Source: Candidatus Sungiibacteriota bacterium
GTDB lineage: Bacteria; Patescibacteriota; Minisyncoccia; Sungbacterales; HO2-52-23
Assembly: GCA_016206285.1 (NCBI GenBank)
Contig: JACQRW010000007.1
Coordinates: 16,455 to 80,454 of the forward strand
Reading direction: 5' to 3'
DNA: 64,000 nucleotides
Both the position numbers and the translations under genes were made by a program. The notes under the pieces were generated by a model. The model did no database searches, was not told the origin of the DNA, and saw only the letters and a list, made by a program, of their open reading frames with translations. Below are positions 20,996 to 30,656 of this stretch, piece after piece (positions within the stretch are counted from its first letter, which is position 1; the number at the start of each line of letters is the position of its first letter).

Positions 20996-21769
20996 CTACT
21001 CGATGCCGAAAAGCAGCATCAAAGTCGCCGCCCCCGTCGGGAGGAACTTCTCGGTATCGAGCATCCTCCGGACTTCGGACTCGGAGAACGCTCCAACCTT
21101 CCCCTCCCACGAATCTTTCGCCGTTGTTGCCCGCGCGAGAACTTCTTTCGCGGACAGGTTAACTTCGGCATAAAAGCAAACTTCCTCCGCCGCACTGTCC
21201 CGAGGCAACTGCAGTGCCAACCCGAGCTGTTTGACGAACCGAACGTCACAACTCAAGACGTTCAGTTCCTCTTGCAATTCCACCAAACATTGCAGGAGCG
21301 GGGTACGGGTCTCCATCGCCAAGTTCAGGTCACAGTATCCGGCGGCGCTCGTGTGGAGCATACCGCCGAAATGCGATTGACCTTTCGACCGGGACGCCAG
21401 TACCAGCAGGTCATCCGACGTCCGCACCAGACAATTTACAGTGAGCACATTGAAGTGCTCTTCCAGCGGGAGTGCCTCCCGCACATCTCCCCGCGACATG
21501 AGCACGTACTGCGCCCATGTCACCGGGAAGCAACAGATCACACCACGCTCTGATTCTGAAAATGAACCGAGTCTTGTTGGATAAAAAGAGGAAATCCCCA
21601 CGCGATGGGGCAGCATATCCCTTTTGGGAAATGGTTGCCCTTTCGCGTCCCGCCATGCCGCAACTCGCGCATCAAGCGTAGGCGTGGGGACATTCTCGTC
21701 AAAAGCCAGACGGTACGGAACCGTGCTGGCATCCAACAACTTGACCTCGTGCTTCTGCCACAAGTTCAT
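20996..21769 (-). CDS. NUDIX-fold hypothetical protein
   Basis: LVLASRS...AAG...VELQEELNV; GAAGGGGG RBS before MNLW; upstream TTGACT-N17-TAATAT (21881-21853). Confidence 0.7.
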   Translation of the reverse strand: MNLWQKHEVKLLDASTVPYRLAFDENVPTPTLDARVAAWRDAKGQPFPKRDMLPHRVGISSFYPTRLGSFSESERGVICCFPVTWAQYVLMSRGDVREALPLEEHFNVLTVNCLVRTSDDLLVLASRSKGQSHFGGMLHTSAAGYCDLNLAMETRTPLLQCLVELQEELNVLSCDVRFVKQLGLALQLPRDSAAEEVCFYAEVNLSAKEVLARATTAKDSWEGKVGAFSESEVRRMLDTEKFLPTGAATLMLLFGIE

Positions 21770-21956
21770 GGCAGACCCCCCTTCTTCTTGTAAAGTTACG
21801 CTCTCCGGCAGGCGTTTGGACAACCATTGCCCAACCTGCCGAATATGGCACTATATTACCACGTCCCGATACAAAAGTCAAATCTAATCTGGGTGGAAGG
21901 AAAGACAAAAACCGCAGAGCGGATCATGTGGTTTGGCTACAGTCAAATCAAAAACT

Positions 21957-21985
21957 TTGACGAGACCAAAAGAAAACGCTACACT
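21957..21985 (+). promoter_or_regulatory. Sigma70-type promoter of the GT2/ACL operon
   Basis: TTGACG-N17-TACACT. Confidence 0.6.
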
Positions 21986-22005
21986 TGCAGCATAATAAAG
22001 CCCCT

Positions 22006-22914
22006 ATGCCCCCCACCCTTTCCTACATCACCGCAACTAAAAATAAGCTGCCCTATTTTAAACAAGGAATAGAGAGATTGATCGCCCACAAAAAACCGGA
22101 CGAGGAGATTTTGGTTGCTGACGGGGCAAGCACGGACGGAACTCCGGAGTATCTGGCGGAGCTGAAAGCTGCGGGAAAGATTGACTGGTTCGTGTCTGAA
22201 CCGGACTTTGCGGAGTCGCATGCCTTGAACAAGCTTTTCCTGGCGGCACGGGGAGAAGTGATCAAGATCATCAATGACGATGATGCATATTATTTTCCGA
22301 CGATCGAGGCATGCAAGAAATTCATGCTGGAGCATCCGGAGATAGACTTTATGGGTACGGAAGGCGGGTCGTTCAAACATGAAACGCCGGAAAGGCAGGT
22401 GATCCGAAAAGTCGCTGGGTATGAGCAAAATTTCCGGAAGTGGAAGAGCGATCATACGCCGTTCGAGTTTGCGGTATTGGGGCTTATGTTTCGCCGGTCT
22501 TCCCTGCCCGTTTTGGGATTTTGGGATCTCTCGTTCAAAAATGCCGATGCGGAGTATACGTTTCGTTCCACCGCAGGCCCGGCAAAGCTTGCGTGGTGCC
22601 TGAATCCATCGTTTGTATTCATCCGCACCAAAGAAGGCGTGACCATGAACAATCTGAAGCGGATGCGTGAAGAGGCGCTGCGCTTGCGCAAATTTTATCT
22701 AGGCGAAAACCCGCCATCTCCTCTCTTGATCGCGGTCAAACGCCCGTTTCGGAACATGCGCGAGATGATGAGCGCACGAAAAAGCGAAGTGCTGAGAAAA
22801 GCGCCGGGTTCCGCATCTGATACACGCGGAGAATCATGGGCTGAACTGTATCAAGAAGGAGAGCAGTGGCTGATCGAGCAAAACCGCGGAAAAGAATTTG
22901 AATTTCTTTCGTAG
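22006..22914 (+). CDS. Glycosyltransferase family 2 (paralog A)
   Basis: LSYITATKN, VADGASTDGT, INDDD. Confidence 0.85.
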   Translation: MPPTLSYITATKNKLPYFKQGIERLIAHKKPDEEILVADGASTDGTPEYLAELKAAGKIDWFVSEPDFAESHALNKLFLAARGEVIKIINDDDAYYFPTIEACKKFMLEHPEIDFMGTEGGSFKHETPERQVIRKVAGYEQNFRKWKSDHTPFEFAVLGLMFRRSSLPVLGFWDLSFKNADAEYTFRSTAGPAKLAWCLNPSFVFIRTKEGVTMNNLKRMREEALRLRKFYLGENPPSPLLIAVKRPFRNMREMMSARKSEVLRKAPGSASDTRGESWAELYQEGEQWLIEQNRGKEFEFLS

Positions 22915-22917
22915 AAT

Positions 22918-23823
22918 ATGACAACCCTTTCCTATATCATCGCCACGCGCAACAAGCTCCCCTATCTCAAAGCGGGGCTTGAAAAACTCATCGCCCACAA
23001 AAAACCGGATGAGGAGATTTTGGTTGCGGACGGGGCAAGCACGGACGGAACTCCGGAGTATCTGGCGGAGCTGAAAGCAGCGGGAAAAATCGAGTATTTT
23101 GTATCGGAGAAAGATTTCGGGCTTGCGCATGCGCTGAATAAATTGGTGCTGGTTTCAAACGGTACGCTTCTGAAATATCTGACCGATGACGACGCCTTTG
23201 ATTATGGAGTAATTCAAAAATGCAGAACGTTCATGCTTGAGCACCCGGAAGTTGATCTCGTGAACACCGAGGGCGGATCGCTCAACGATCCATCCCGCAT
23301 GGCTGCATACCAAGACCCGCTGCAGGTAGTGCGGGCGCTGAACTATGAAGAGCCGTACAAACAATGGCAACAAGACCACACGCCTTTTTATTTTTGCGAT
23401 CTGGGTATCATATTCCGGCGCTCGTCGCTGCCGGTGACGGGTTTTTGGAATGTGCTGTTCCCCGGACCCGACATTGAACTCTCCCTCCGGACAAGCAAAG
23501 GACGGGTAAATATCGCATGGTACACCGGCTACTCGTACGTCAATATCAGCAACCCCCAGAGCGTGAGCGTGGTATTCATGCAAAAAACGAAAAGACTGAC
23601 GGAGCGGCTGGACAAGCTCTATTTTGATAAAAATCCGGACTCTCTCATTGTGCGGAAGCTGAAAGTGCTGCGCAATAAACTGCGGAGCGGCTTGATGCCT
23701 AAAACCTCCGGCACATCAATACCCTTTCAGGAACAATGGCCGGAGCTTATCAAGACATCGGAAAAATGGCTTGAGCTTAAAAATCTGCAAAAAGAACCTG
23801 AGTTCCTCGTAAAGCCCCTATGA
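22918..23823 (+). CDS. Glycosyltransferase family 2 (paralog B)
   Basis: LSYIIATRN, VADGASTDGT, LTDDD. Confidence 0.85.
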   Translation: MTTLSYIIATRNKLPYLKAGLEKLIAHKKPDEEILVADGASTDGTPEYLAELKAAGKIEYFVSEKDFGLAHALNKLVLVSNGTLLKYLTDDDAFDYGVIQKCRTFMLEHPEVDLVNTEGGSLNDPSRMAAYQDPLQVVRALNYEEPYKQWQQDHTPFYFCDLGIIFRRSSLPVTGFWNVLFPGPDIELSLRTSKGRVNIAWYTGYSYVNISNPQSVSVVFMQKTKRLTERLDKLYFDKNPDSLIVRKLKVLRNKLRSGLMPKTSGTSIPFQEQWPELIKTSEKWLELKNLQKEPEFLVKPL

Positions 23824-24893
23824 ATCTTCTTGAGTATCAGGGCAAAGAACTGTTGAAAAAATATGCGATCCCGGTACCGGATTCTTTTTTGATGTATCCG
23901 GAAAGCTTTCTTCCCGATCTTTCGATTCCATTTTTTCTCAAATCCCAGGTTGCGGCCGGAGACAGAAATAAATATGGGGGCATCGTGCAGGTCGAATCGG
24001 CGGCTGATTTTATATCCGCAAAAGAAAAACTTTTCAAAACTCCGATTGCGGGTCTCAAACCGGACGTACTTTTGGCCGAAAAGAAAATCGGGTATACGGG
24101 GGAGCTCTATCTCTCATTCAGCTATGATACCCGCACGCGTGCTCCCGCTCTGTCGCTCGCGCGCCAAGGAGGCAGCGGCGTAGCCGAGGCATGCGTGTTT
24201 CCGATTGACATTGTTACGGGACTTCAAGATTTTTTTATCCGAGATGCCCTGCTTTCTGCAGGGCTTCCGCTCCATGCGGAATTGAAAGGGATCATACAAA
24301 AACTCTGGCGCCTGTTCGAATCAGAACACGCTCTTGTTGCCGAGATCAATCCCCTTTTTGCCACAGGAGAAACGGGCTACATTGCGGGTGATGCAAAAAT
24401 AATCCTGGACGACTACCATGCAAATCCCGAATACCGTCCGTTTATTGATCTTCCGGGCGACATCGCCATTATCGCATCGGGCGGGGGCGCGTCCATGCTC
24501 AATATTGACGCGCTTATGCATGCCGGAGGCAAACCCGCCAATTATGCGGAATACTCCGGCAATCCGCCGGCAAGCGTGGTGGAAGAACTTACAGTCCGCA
24601 TTTTGACCAAACCGGGCTTAAAAGGCTGCTGGGTGATCGGCGGCACGGCAAATTTTACCGATATCTATGAAACCATGCTCGGCTTTGTCGCCGGACTCCG
24701 CAAGATCAGCCCCAAGCCGGATTTTCCCATTGTGATCCGCCGCGACGGCCCGCGACGTGAAGAGGCATTTCAAATGCTTCAGGAAGTTGCTTCGCGCGAG
24801 GGATATACCTTCTCGCTTTTCGGCCCTGAAGTTCCTATGGCATACACGGCAGAATATCTTGTGAAAAAAATATATGAGCATTCTGATAGATAA
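23820..24893 (+). CDS. ATP-citrate lyase beta-like subunit (ATP-grasp plus citrate-binding domain)
   Basis: MNLLEYQGKELL and AEINPL (ATP-grasp); GGGAS, ANYAEYSGNP, IGGTANFTDI and IRRDGP match ACL citrate-binding motifs rather than SucC. Confidence 0.85.
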   Translation: MNLLEYQGKELLKKYAIPVPDSFLMYPESFLPDLSIPFFLKSQVAAGDRNKYGGIVQVESAADFISAKEKLFKTPIAGLKPDVLLAEKKIGYTGELYLSFSYDTRTRAPALSLARQGGSGVAEACVFPIDIVTGLQDFFIRDALLSAGLPLHAELKGIIQKLWRLFESEHALVAEINPLFATGETGYIAGDAKIILDDYHANPEYRPFIDLPGDIAIIASGGGASMLNIDALMHAGGKPANYAEYSGNPPASVVEELTVRILTKPGLKGCWVIGGTANFTDIYETMLGFVAGLRKISPKPDFPIVIRRDGPRREEAFQMLQEVASREGYTFSLFGPEVPMAYTAEYLVKKIYEHSDR

Positions 24894-25785
24894 AAATACC
24901 AAGGTGCTGGTGCAGGGCATTACCGGAAAAGAGGGGGGACGCGCGGCTGAAGATATGCTCGCCTACGGTACGGCTGTCATAGGGGGCACGTCTCCGGGAA
25001 AAGGCGGCGCGCGCGAAAAAAATAATCTGCCTGTTTTCAACAGCGTGGCTGAGGCAATGGCCGCATACCCGGATATCGGCGCGTCCATGATCGCGGTTCC
25101 GGCTCCGTTTGTGTTCGATGCGGCTATGGAGGCGATCGCATCGCGAATCCCCCTTATCGTGATCTTGTCGGAAAAAGTCCCGGTCAGCCACGTTGCCAAG
25201 ATAATCGCGCACGCAAAATTGAATGGCGTGCGGATCGTGGGGCCAAGCTCCATCGGGATCATCTCGCCGGGACGCGCAAAGATCGGCAGCGTGGGCGCGG
25301 CGGGCATCGCTGACCGGATATTTTCACCGGGCACGGTGGGCGTGATCTCAAAAAGCGGAGGCATGACGGCAGAACTGTCGCGCATACTTACCGATGCGGG
25401 CATTGGCCAGAGCACGGCAATCGGCATAGGCGGAGATCTGCTGATCGGCACCGATTTTGTTGACGCCGCACTTTTATTCGAGCAAGATAAAGACACCAAA
25501 GCTTTGGCTATCTTCGGAGAAATCGGCGGCACCTATGAAGAACAGCTTGCGGACGCGATCCGGCAAAAGAAGATCACCAAACCGGTTGTCGCGCTTATCG
25601 CCGGGCAATTTTCCGAACAGCTTGCTACAGGAGCAGTATTGGGCCATGCCGGAGCGATCGTGATGAAAGGAGCGGGGTCGTTTACGTCCAAAATCAAAGC
25701 GCTGCGCGAGGCCGGAGCGATCGTAGCCGAGACTCCCGAAGATATTCCGGTACACCTTCAGCAACTTTTAGGTAAAACCATATGA
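24874..25785 (+). CDS. CoA-ligase alpha subunit (SucD/citryl-CoA synthetase alpha-like)
   Basis: VQGITGKEG, SKSGGMT, GIGGD, FGEIGGTYEE, LGHAGA (phospho-His). Confidence 0.9.
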   Translation: MSILIDKNTKVLVQGITGKEGGRAAEDMLAYGTAVIGGTSPGKGGAREKNNLPVFNSVAEAMAAYPDIGASMIAVPAPFVFDAAMEAIASRIPLIVILSEKVPVSHVAKIIAHAKLNGVRIVGPSSIGIISPGRAKIGSVGAAGIADRIFSPGTVGVISKSGGMTAELSRILTDAGIGQSTAIGIGGDLLIGTDFVDAALLFEQDKDTKALAIFGEIGGTYEEQLADAIRQKKITKPVVALIAGQFSEQLATGAVLGHAGAIVMKGAGSFTSKIKALREAGAIVAETPEDIPVHLQQLLGKTI

Positions 25786-26486
25786 AAATAAAAACAGAGA
25801 TCAGCGCTTCGCAAGATCACGAACATAATATCCGCGGGAAACCGCTTGGCGATCTTATCCGGAATCATTCGTTTGTCGAAACTCTTTTTTTGCTTTTTCG
25901 CGGCAACATGCCAAACAAAGCTGAAGAGGATCTCCTGAATGCCCTGCTGGTCAGCGCAGCAGAACATGATATTGAGGCACCTTCTCTCTTCGTACCCAGG
26001 ATAAGCACATCTGTCGGCAATCCGCCGCAGGCCGCACTCGCCGCTGGCATCTTGTCCATCGGTCCCAGCCATGGAGGCGCGGGATGGGAGGCGGCCCGGC
26101 TCCTTGCAGGCCCGGAAACGCCGCAAGAGATCGTAACAAGATTTTTAAAAGAACATGCGCCGATACCCGGTTACGGGCACAGGATATATAAAGATGCAGA
26201 CCCGAGAGTTTCCGTCATCGAAGAAAAGATCCGCGTATCCGGCGTTTCGGGGACGCATTTTGACCGCGCCCGGGCGATTGAAAAAGAACTTGCAACGCAA
26301 AAAGGAAAACATATTCCCTTGAACATAGACGGCGCTTTTGCCGCATGCGTTCTTGACCTTGGTTTTGCGCCGGAAACCGCCCTGGAACTTTTCATTCTTG
26401 CCCGCATCGCAGGCATGTCGGCGCATATCAACGAAGAACGGCAACAGCATAATCCGTACTATCGGCTTGAAAATGGTTCATTATGA
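25782..26486 (+). CDS. Citryl-CoA lyase (citrate synthase-like domain)
   Basis: IGPSHGGA, IPGYGHRIYKDADPR, LNIDGA, ARIAGMSAHINEE. Confidence 0.88.
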   Translation: MKIKTEISASQDHEHNIRGKPLGDLIRNHSFVETLFLLFRGNMPNKAEEDLLNALLVSAAEHDIEAPSLFVPRISTSVGNPPQAALAAGILSIGPSHGGAGWEAARLLAGPETPQEIVTRFLKEHAPIPGYGHRIYKDADPRVSVIEEKIRVSGVSGTHFDRARAIEKELATQKGKHIPLNIDGAFAACVLDLGFAPETALELFILARIAGMSAHINEERQQHNPYYRLENGSL

Positions 26487-27199
26487 AAAAGATTATCCGA
26501 AAATTCATGCCGGAGCTCGTTCTTTTTTTGCGCGTGCAGTATCTCAAAGCAAAGCAAAACAGGCATGAGCTGCAAAAATACGCAAGCCTTCAGGCTGCAG
26601 ACTCTGTGTCCGTATCCGGAACATGCGCATTCGGCGATCACACCAAGGCCGGAGAACGCACCCGCCTGTTTGACGTTTCGCTCGGGAACCATTCGTATTT
26701 TATGGAGGATTGCTTTGCCAGAAATTGCACGATCGGCGCGTACTGTTCCATTGCTCCTCATGCGGTCATCGGTCTGGGGCAGCACCCTGTGAACTTCGTC
26801 TCAACCCATCCTGCATTTTATTTCGATACAAAACAAAAAATGTTTACCTACGCGGACGAAAAATACGTCCAAGAATTTCCGCAAAGCGCGCATATCATGA
26901 TCGGCAATGATGTATGGATCGGACAGGGAGCGCTGGTAAGAGACGGCGTTGCCATAGGCAACGGCGCGATTATCGGCGCCGGAGCCGTAGTCGTAAAAGA
27001 TGTCGAGCCGTACAGTATTGTGGGCGGGGTTCCGGCGCGTCTGATCCGCTATCGTTTTGAACCCGAAGAAATAGCATTTTTGCAAAAATTCAAATGGTGG
27101 GAAAAAAACGAAGCATGGCTGAAAGAGAATTGGAAGTACTTTTCGGACATCAAAAAATTGATGGCGAAATACGCAAAAACCGGCATGCCTGATGCCTAA
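26483..27199 (+). CDS. CatB/Vat-related hexapeptide O-acetyltransferase
   Basis: IGAYCSIA, HPVNFVSTHP, IGNDVWIG, VVVKDVEPYSIVGGVPAR, KWW. Confidence 0.9.
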   Translation: MKKIIRKFMPELVLFLRVQYLKAKQNRHELQKYASLQAADSVSVSGTCAFGDHTKAGERTRLFDVSLGNHSYFMEDCFARNCTIGAYCSIAPHAVIGLGQHPVNFVSTHPAFYFDTKQKMFTYADEKYVQEFPQSAHIMIGNDVWIGQGALVRDGVAIGNGAIIGAGAVVVKDVEPYSIVGGVPARLIRYRFEPEEIAFLQKFKWWEKNEAWLKENWKYFSDIKKLMAKYAKTGMPDA

Positions 27200-27247
27200 C
27201 GCCCGTTTGATAAAAAAGACGATCCATACTATACTGGGAAACAGAAT

Positions 27248-28039
27248 ATGTTTTATACATTACGGGTGCGGGCGCGCAATAATTCATTTCTCAAACGCGC
27301 CGTGCGCAAAACAAAAAAAATAATCGGGGTTAAAGACGCATCAAGCGATTTTTTTGATAATGCCGCGCTGGTAAAGAAATACACACCGGGAAAATCATTT
27401 GCCGATATAGGCTGCATGTGGGGCGTAGACGGATTTTTTTCTTTTCTGGCGGAAGAAAACGGAGCCGCCAAAGTAATGTCGGTTGATATATATCCGGAAA
27501 GCGCGAAGTTTTCAGAAGAAAAAGAACGCCGCAATTCCAAGATACAATTTGTGCAGGGAGATATTAATCTGCCGGACGTAACTGATACCATAGGCATATG
27601 CGACGTGGTATTTTGCTCCGGAGTGCTGTATCATACCCCGGACCCGGTCCATATGCTGACCCGCCTGCGCGTGATTTGCGGCGAAACGCTTATCCTGAAT
27701 ACCGCATCAATCCCGGAAATGCCCGGCATAAGAAACGCGGCTGTCTTTTATCCGTTTCTAAACGCCAAGCAGCGGAAAATCTGGAACCGGCATATCGGCA
27801 GCCAAAAAGGTATCACTGGACCATACGAGCCCGAAAGCGGTTATGGAAATTGGATGTGGGGCATGACTCCAAGCGCAATCGAATCCATGCTTCAATGCGC
27901 AGGATTTAAAGTGCAAGAGCGTTATATTTCACCGTTTCGCTCCGTATTCGTATGCAAAACAATTCCCATCCAATTCGTTGCCGAATCCGGCGAGTGGACC
28001 ACGCCCAAAAGCGGCGACTCTCTCAAATTTAGAAAATAG
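27248..28039 (+). CDS. Class I SAM-dependent methyltransferase
   Basis: DIGCMWG.DG, CSGVLYH; upstream TTGATA-N17-TATACT (27207-27235). Confidence 0.8.
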   Translation: MFYTLRVRARNNSFLKRAVRKTKKIIGVKDASSDFFDNAALVKKYTPGKSFADIGCMWGVDGFFSFLAEENGAAKVMSVDIYPESAKFSEEKERRNSKIQFVQGDINLPDVTDTIGICDVVFCSGVLYHTPDPVHMLTRLRVICGETLILNTASIPEMPGIRNAAVFYPFLNAKQRKIWNRHIGSQKGITGPYEPESGYGNWMWGMTPSAIESMLQCAGFKVQERYISPFRSVFVCKTIPIQFVAESGEWTTPKSGDSLKFRK

Positions 28040-28047
28040 AAGCACCT

Positions 28048-28824
28048 ATGCATATGAGCATCCGCGACCGGCTTAAGCGCATTACTCTTTTAAAAATTTT
28101 GGTTGTTATCTGGCGGGTATTCCGCAATAGGCACGGTTTTTTTGCCAAGATACGGGCGCTTGGTTCTTTCTTTGAATCATGGTCGGCATTCCGGCATATG
28201 CCCCGCAACAGTGCTTTCTTATTGAAAACGCATGACCTCTATCCCCGTTTGTTCGATAATACGCATGGAACCCCTATTGATCCGGTATATTTTTATCAAG
28301 ATACATGGTGCGCCGGAAAAATTTTCAGCCAGAAGCCGGAGCATCACTATGACATTGCGTCGGAAGCTGAATTTATCGGTATCATTTCGCAATTTGTGCC
28401 AACCACTATGGTGGACATCCGGCCGTTGCCGGTTACGCTGCCCAATCTTTCATTTATGCAGGGAGACACCACGCGGCTTCCATTTGACGACAGCAGCATC
28501 GCGTCATTGAGTTCCATTTGCGTGATCGAACACATCGGTCTTGGACGGTACGGAGATCCGCTTGATCCCTTCGGCTCTGAAAAAGCTCTTGCAGAAATGA
28601 TCCGCGTACTGGCGCCGGGCGGATCGCTTTATATTTCGGTGCCGATTGATGCGGAAAATAAGGTTTACTTCAACGCGCATCGCGCATTTTCCCCAAACTA
28701 CATTTTCAAACTCTGCATGCCTCTTACGCTCATTGAAGAGCGCTATGTATACGGCAACCGCATGGAACAAACATATGACCCCAAAAAGGGATTCGGCACC
28801 GGCCTTTATCATTTTAAAAAATGA
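28048..28824 (+). CDS. DUF268-like SAM methyltransferase-fold protein
   Basis: YFYQD.W, VDIRPL, IEHIGLGRYGDPLDP, FNAHR. Confidence 0.8.
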   Translation: MHMSIRDRLKRITLLKILVVIWRVFRNRHGFFAKIRALGSFFESWSAFRHMPRNSAFLLKTHDLYPRLFDNTHGTPIDPVYFYQDTWCAGKIFSQKPEHHYDIASEAEFIGIISQFVPTTMVDIRPLPVTLPNLSFMQGDTTRLPFDDSSIASLSSICVIEHIGLGRYGDPLDPFGSEKALAEMIRVLAPGGSLYISVPIDAENKVYFNAHRAFSPNYIFKLCMPLTLIEERYVYGNRMEQTYDPKKGFGTGLYHFKK

Positions 28825-29576
28825 AAAAACGTATGCATATAAAGCTCTCCTCGCATCGTACCGTCAAATTCATTCTTTTTCAGCGCTCGCAATATTTGCT
28901 TTGGCGCCGCAATAAAACTATACAGCGATTTGCTCGCGCGTTGCCCAGACGGCTTGCGTTCAGCCTTGAGGCGCTGGCAAGCAACTTCAATGCAACCGTA
29001 TCTCTGGAGGCGCTATTTACGAGAAAAAGCGTAGAAAAACTTTTCAGTGAAGAGATGACGCTGGAATACAACCAAATGAAACCCTATCTGCCGGCGCACG
29101 CCCGCACGATTCTTGATATCGGAGCAGGCGTAGGCGGCATTGACATACTGCTTGGCAAGCACTATGAGCAGGACAAGCCTATGATCTATCTGCTCGATAA
29201 GACAGAAATGCCTGCCAAGGTGTATTATAGCTTGCGGGAAAAAGGATGTTTTTATAACTCGCTGGAGCTTGGCCGGGATATGCTGGTTGAAAACGGCATC
29301 AAACCCGAACAAATTTTTTTGCAAGAGGCAACCGATGACAACCGCATTATCTCCGACACGAAATTCGATCTGATTGTCTCCCTTATCTCATGGGGATTCC
29401 ACTATCCCATCGCAACTTACCTTGACCAGGTATATGACAAGCTGGCCGAAGGCGGGGCGGTGATCACGGATGTGCGGAGACACGGCAACGGCATTGAGCT
29501 GCTGCAAAAAAAGTTTCCGAAAACCAAGATTATTTTTGAAGCGCAAAAACATGTTCGCATCGTTGCGTGGAAATAA
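28821..29576 (+). CDS. Class I SAM-dependent methyltransferase (paralog 1)
   Basis: ILDIGAGVGG, FDLIVSLISWGFHYP. Confidence 0.8.
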   Translation: MKKRMHIKLSSHRTVKFILFQRSQYLLWRRNKTIQRFARALPRRLAFSLEALASNFNATVSLEALFTRKSVEKLFSEEMTLEYNQMKPYLPAHARTILDIGAGVGGIDILLGKHYEQDKPMIYLLDKTEMPAKVYYSLREKGCFYNSLELGRDMLVENGIKPEQIFLQEATDDNRIISDTKFDLIVSLISWGFHYPIATYLDQVYDKLAEGGAVITDVRRHGNGIELLQKKFPKTKIIFEAQKHVRIVAWK

Positions 29577-29594
29577 CAAAAGTAATTATCAGTC

Positions 29595-29632
29595 AGTATA
29601 CAAATTAAAACGATCGTCGAAATTTGTATACT
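29595..29632. repeat. 38-bp palindrome centred on CGATCG (second AGTATACAAATT copy)
   Basis: agtatacaaatt-aaaa-cgatcg-tcga-aatttgtatact. Confidence 0.88.
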
Positions 29633-29648
29633 AAGAGAGAACCATAAT

Positions 29649-30620
29649 ATGAAGAAACATCTGATCATCCTCCGCCATAACAGCGGCAAGGGCGGCCACG
29701 GGCGGCTCGCAAACCAGCTTTGGAATTTTATGAGCATCTATGCGTATGCGCTTGAACGCGGATACGATCTTGAAAATTATTCGTTCTTTGAATACCATGA
29801 TTGCTTTCAGATTCCTCCGGTGCGAAATTTTCCGGTGCGGTGCCTTTTTTTCTCGCCATTTCCTTTTCTTGCAAAAAAGTTCGGGCAAACGCGTGCAGCA
29901 ATTTTTACCCGCAAAGTCTACAAGCTGTATGTAATGGCGGTCAGACTAAGACATGGCAAAACTTTGTTGAATTCCTACAACTCTCCCGATATTGCGGGAA
30001 TCTTTTATCTTCCGCCCTCCGAACCGGCCAGACCCGCGCTTCAGAAACTCGAGGACAACCCGCGCATCAAAAACATATACTTTGACGGCTGGCTTTTCCG
30101 AAACCCGGCCGGTGTAATGAAATATCACTCCGAAATTCTTGAATACTTCAAGCCAAAAGACGAGACGCGCAAAACGATAGCAGCATTTATGGAACCGCTG
30201 AAAACACAGTACGACAACCTGGTTGGCGTTCATATCCGGCAGGATGATTATAAAACGTTCAAAGGAGGCCGGTACTTTGTGGAGCAGGCGCGTATTCGGG
30301 AGATCCTTGACGAATATCTGCGGGAATTCAAAAAAGATCCGGAGCATACCTGTTTTATCATTACCTCGAACGGTCCCATTAAACGCGAGATATTTCAGGG
30401 ATTACATTTTGAAATAAGCAATCTCGGATTCATTGAAGATTTGTTCTTGCTTGCCTCATGCACTGCCATAATCGGCTCCGATTCAAGCTTTGGCAATTTC
30501 GCAGCCTACTACGGCAACACGCCGCATATTGTCTTTCAAAAAGAACCCATGGACTGGGAATACTACGCCGGAAAAACAAAATATTTCTGGAACAAGTATT
30601 GCACACTCGTGCATTTTTAA
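29649..30620 (+). CDS. GT11-like (alpha-1,2-fucosyltransferase-like) glycosyltransferase
   Basis: GRLANQL, GVHIRQDDY, DLFLLASC..IIGSDSSFG. Confidence 0.8.
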   Translation: MKKHLIILRHNSGKGGHGRLANQLWNFMSIYAYALERGYDLENYSFFEYHDCFQIPPVRNFPVRCLFFSPFPFLAKKFGQTRAAIFTRKVYKLYVMAVRLRHGKTLLNSYNSPDIAGIFYLPPSEPARPALQKLEDNPRIKNIYFDGWLFRNPAGVMKYHSEILEYFKPKDETRKTIAAFMEPLKTQYDNLVGVHIRQDDYKTFKGGRYFVEQARIREILDEYLREFKKDPEHTCFIITSNGPIKREIFQGLHFEISNLGFIEDLFLLASCTAIIGSDSSFGNFAAYYGNTPHIVFQKEPMDWEYYAGKTKYFWNKYCTLVHF

Positions 30621-30656
30621 TTGCCATGCAAGCCCTTTTTTAGTACACTTATGACT

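Noticed and set aside
23820-25785. sucCD (TCA succinyl-CoA synthetase)
   Set aside because: The beta subunit has ACL-type citrate-binding motifs and is followed by a citryl-CoA lyase.
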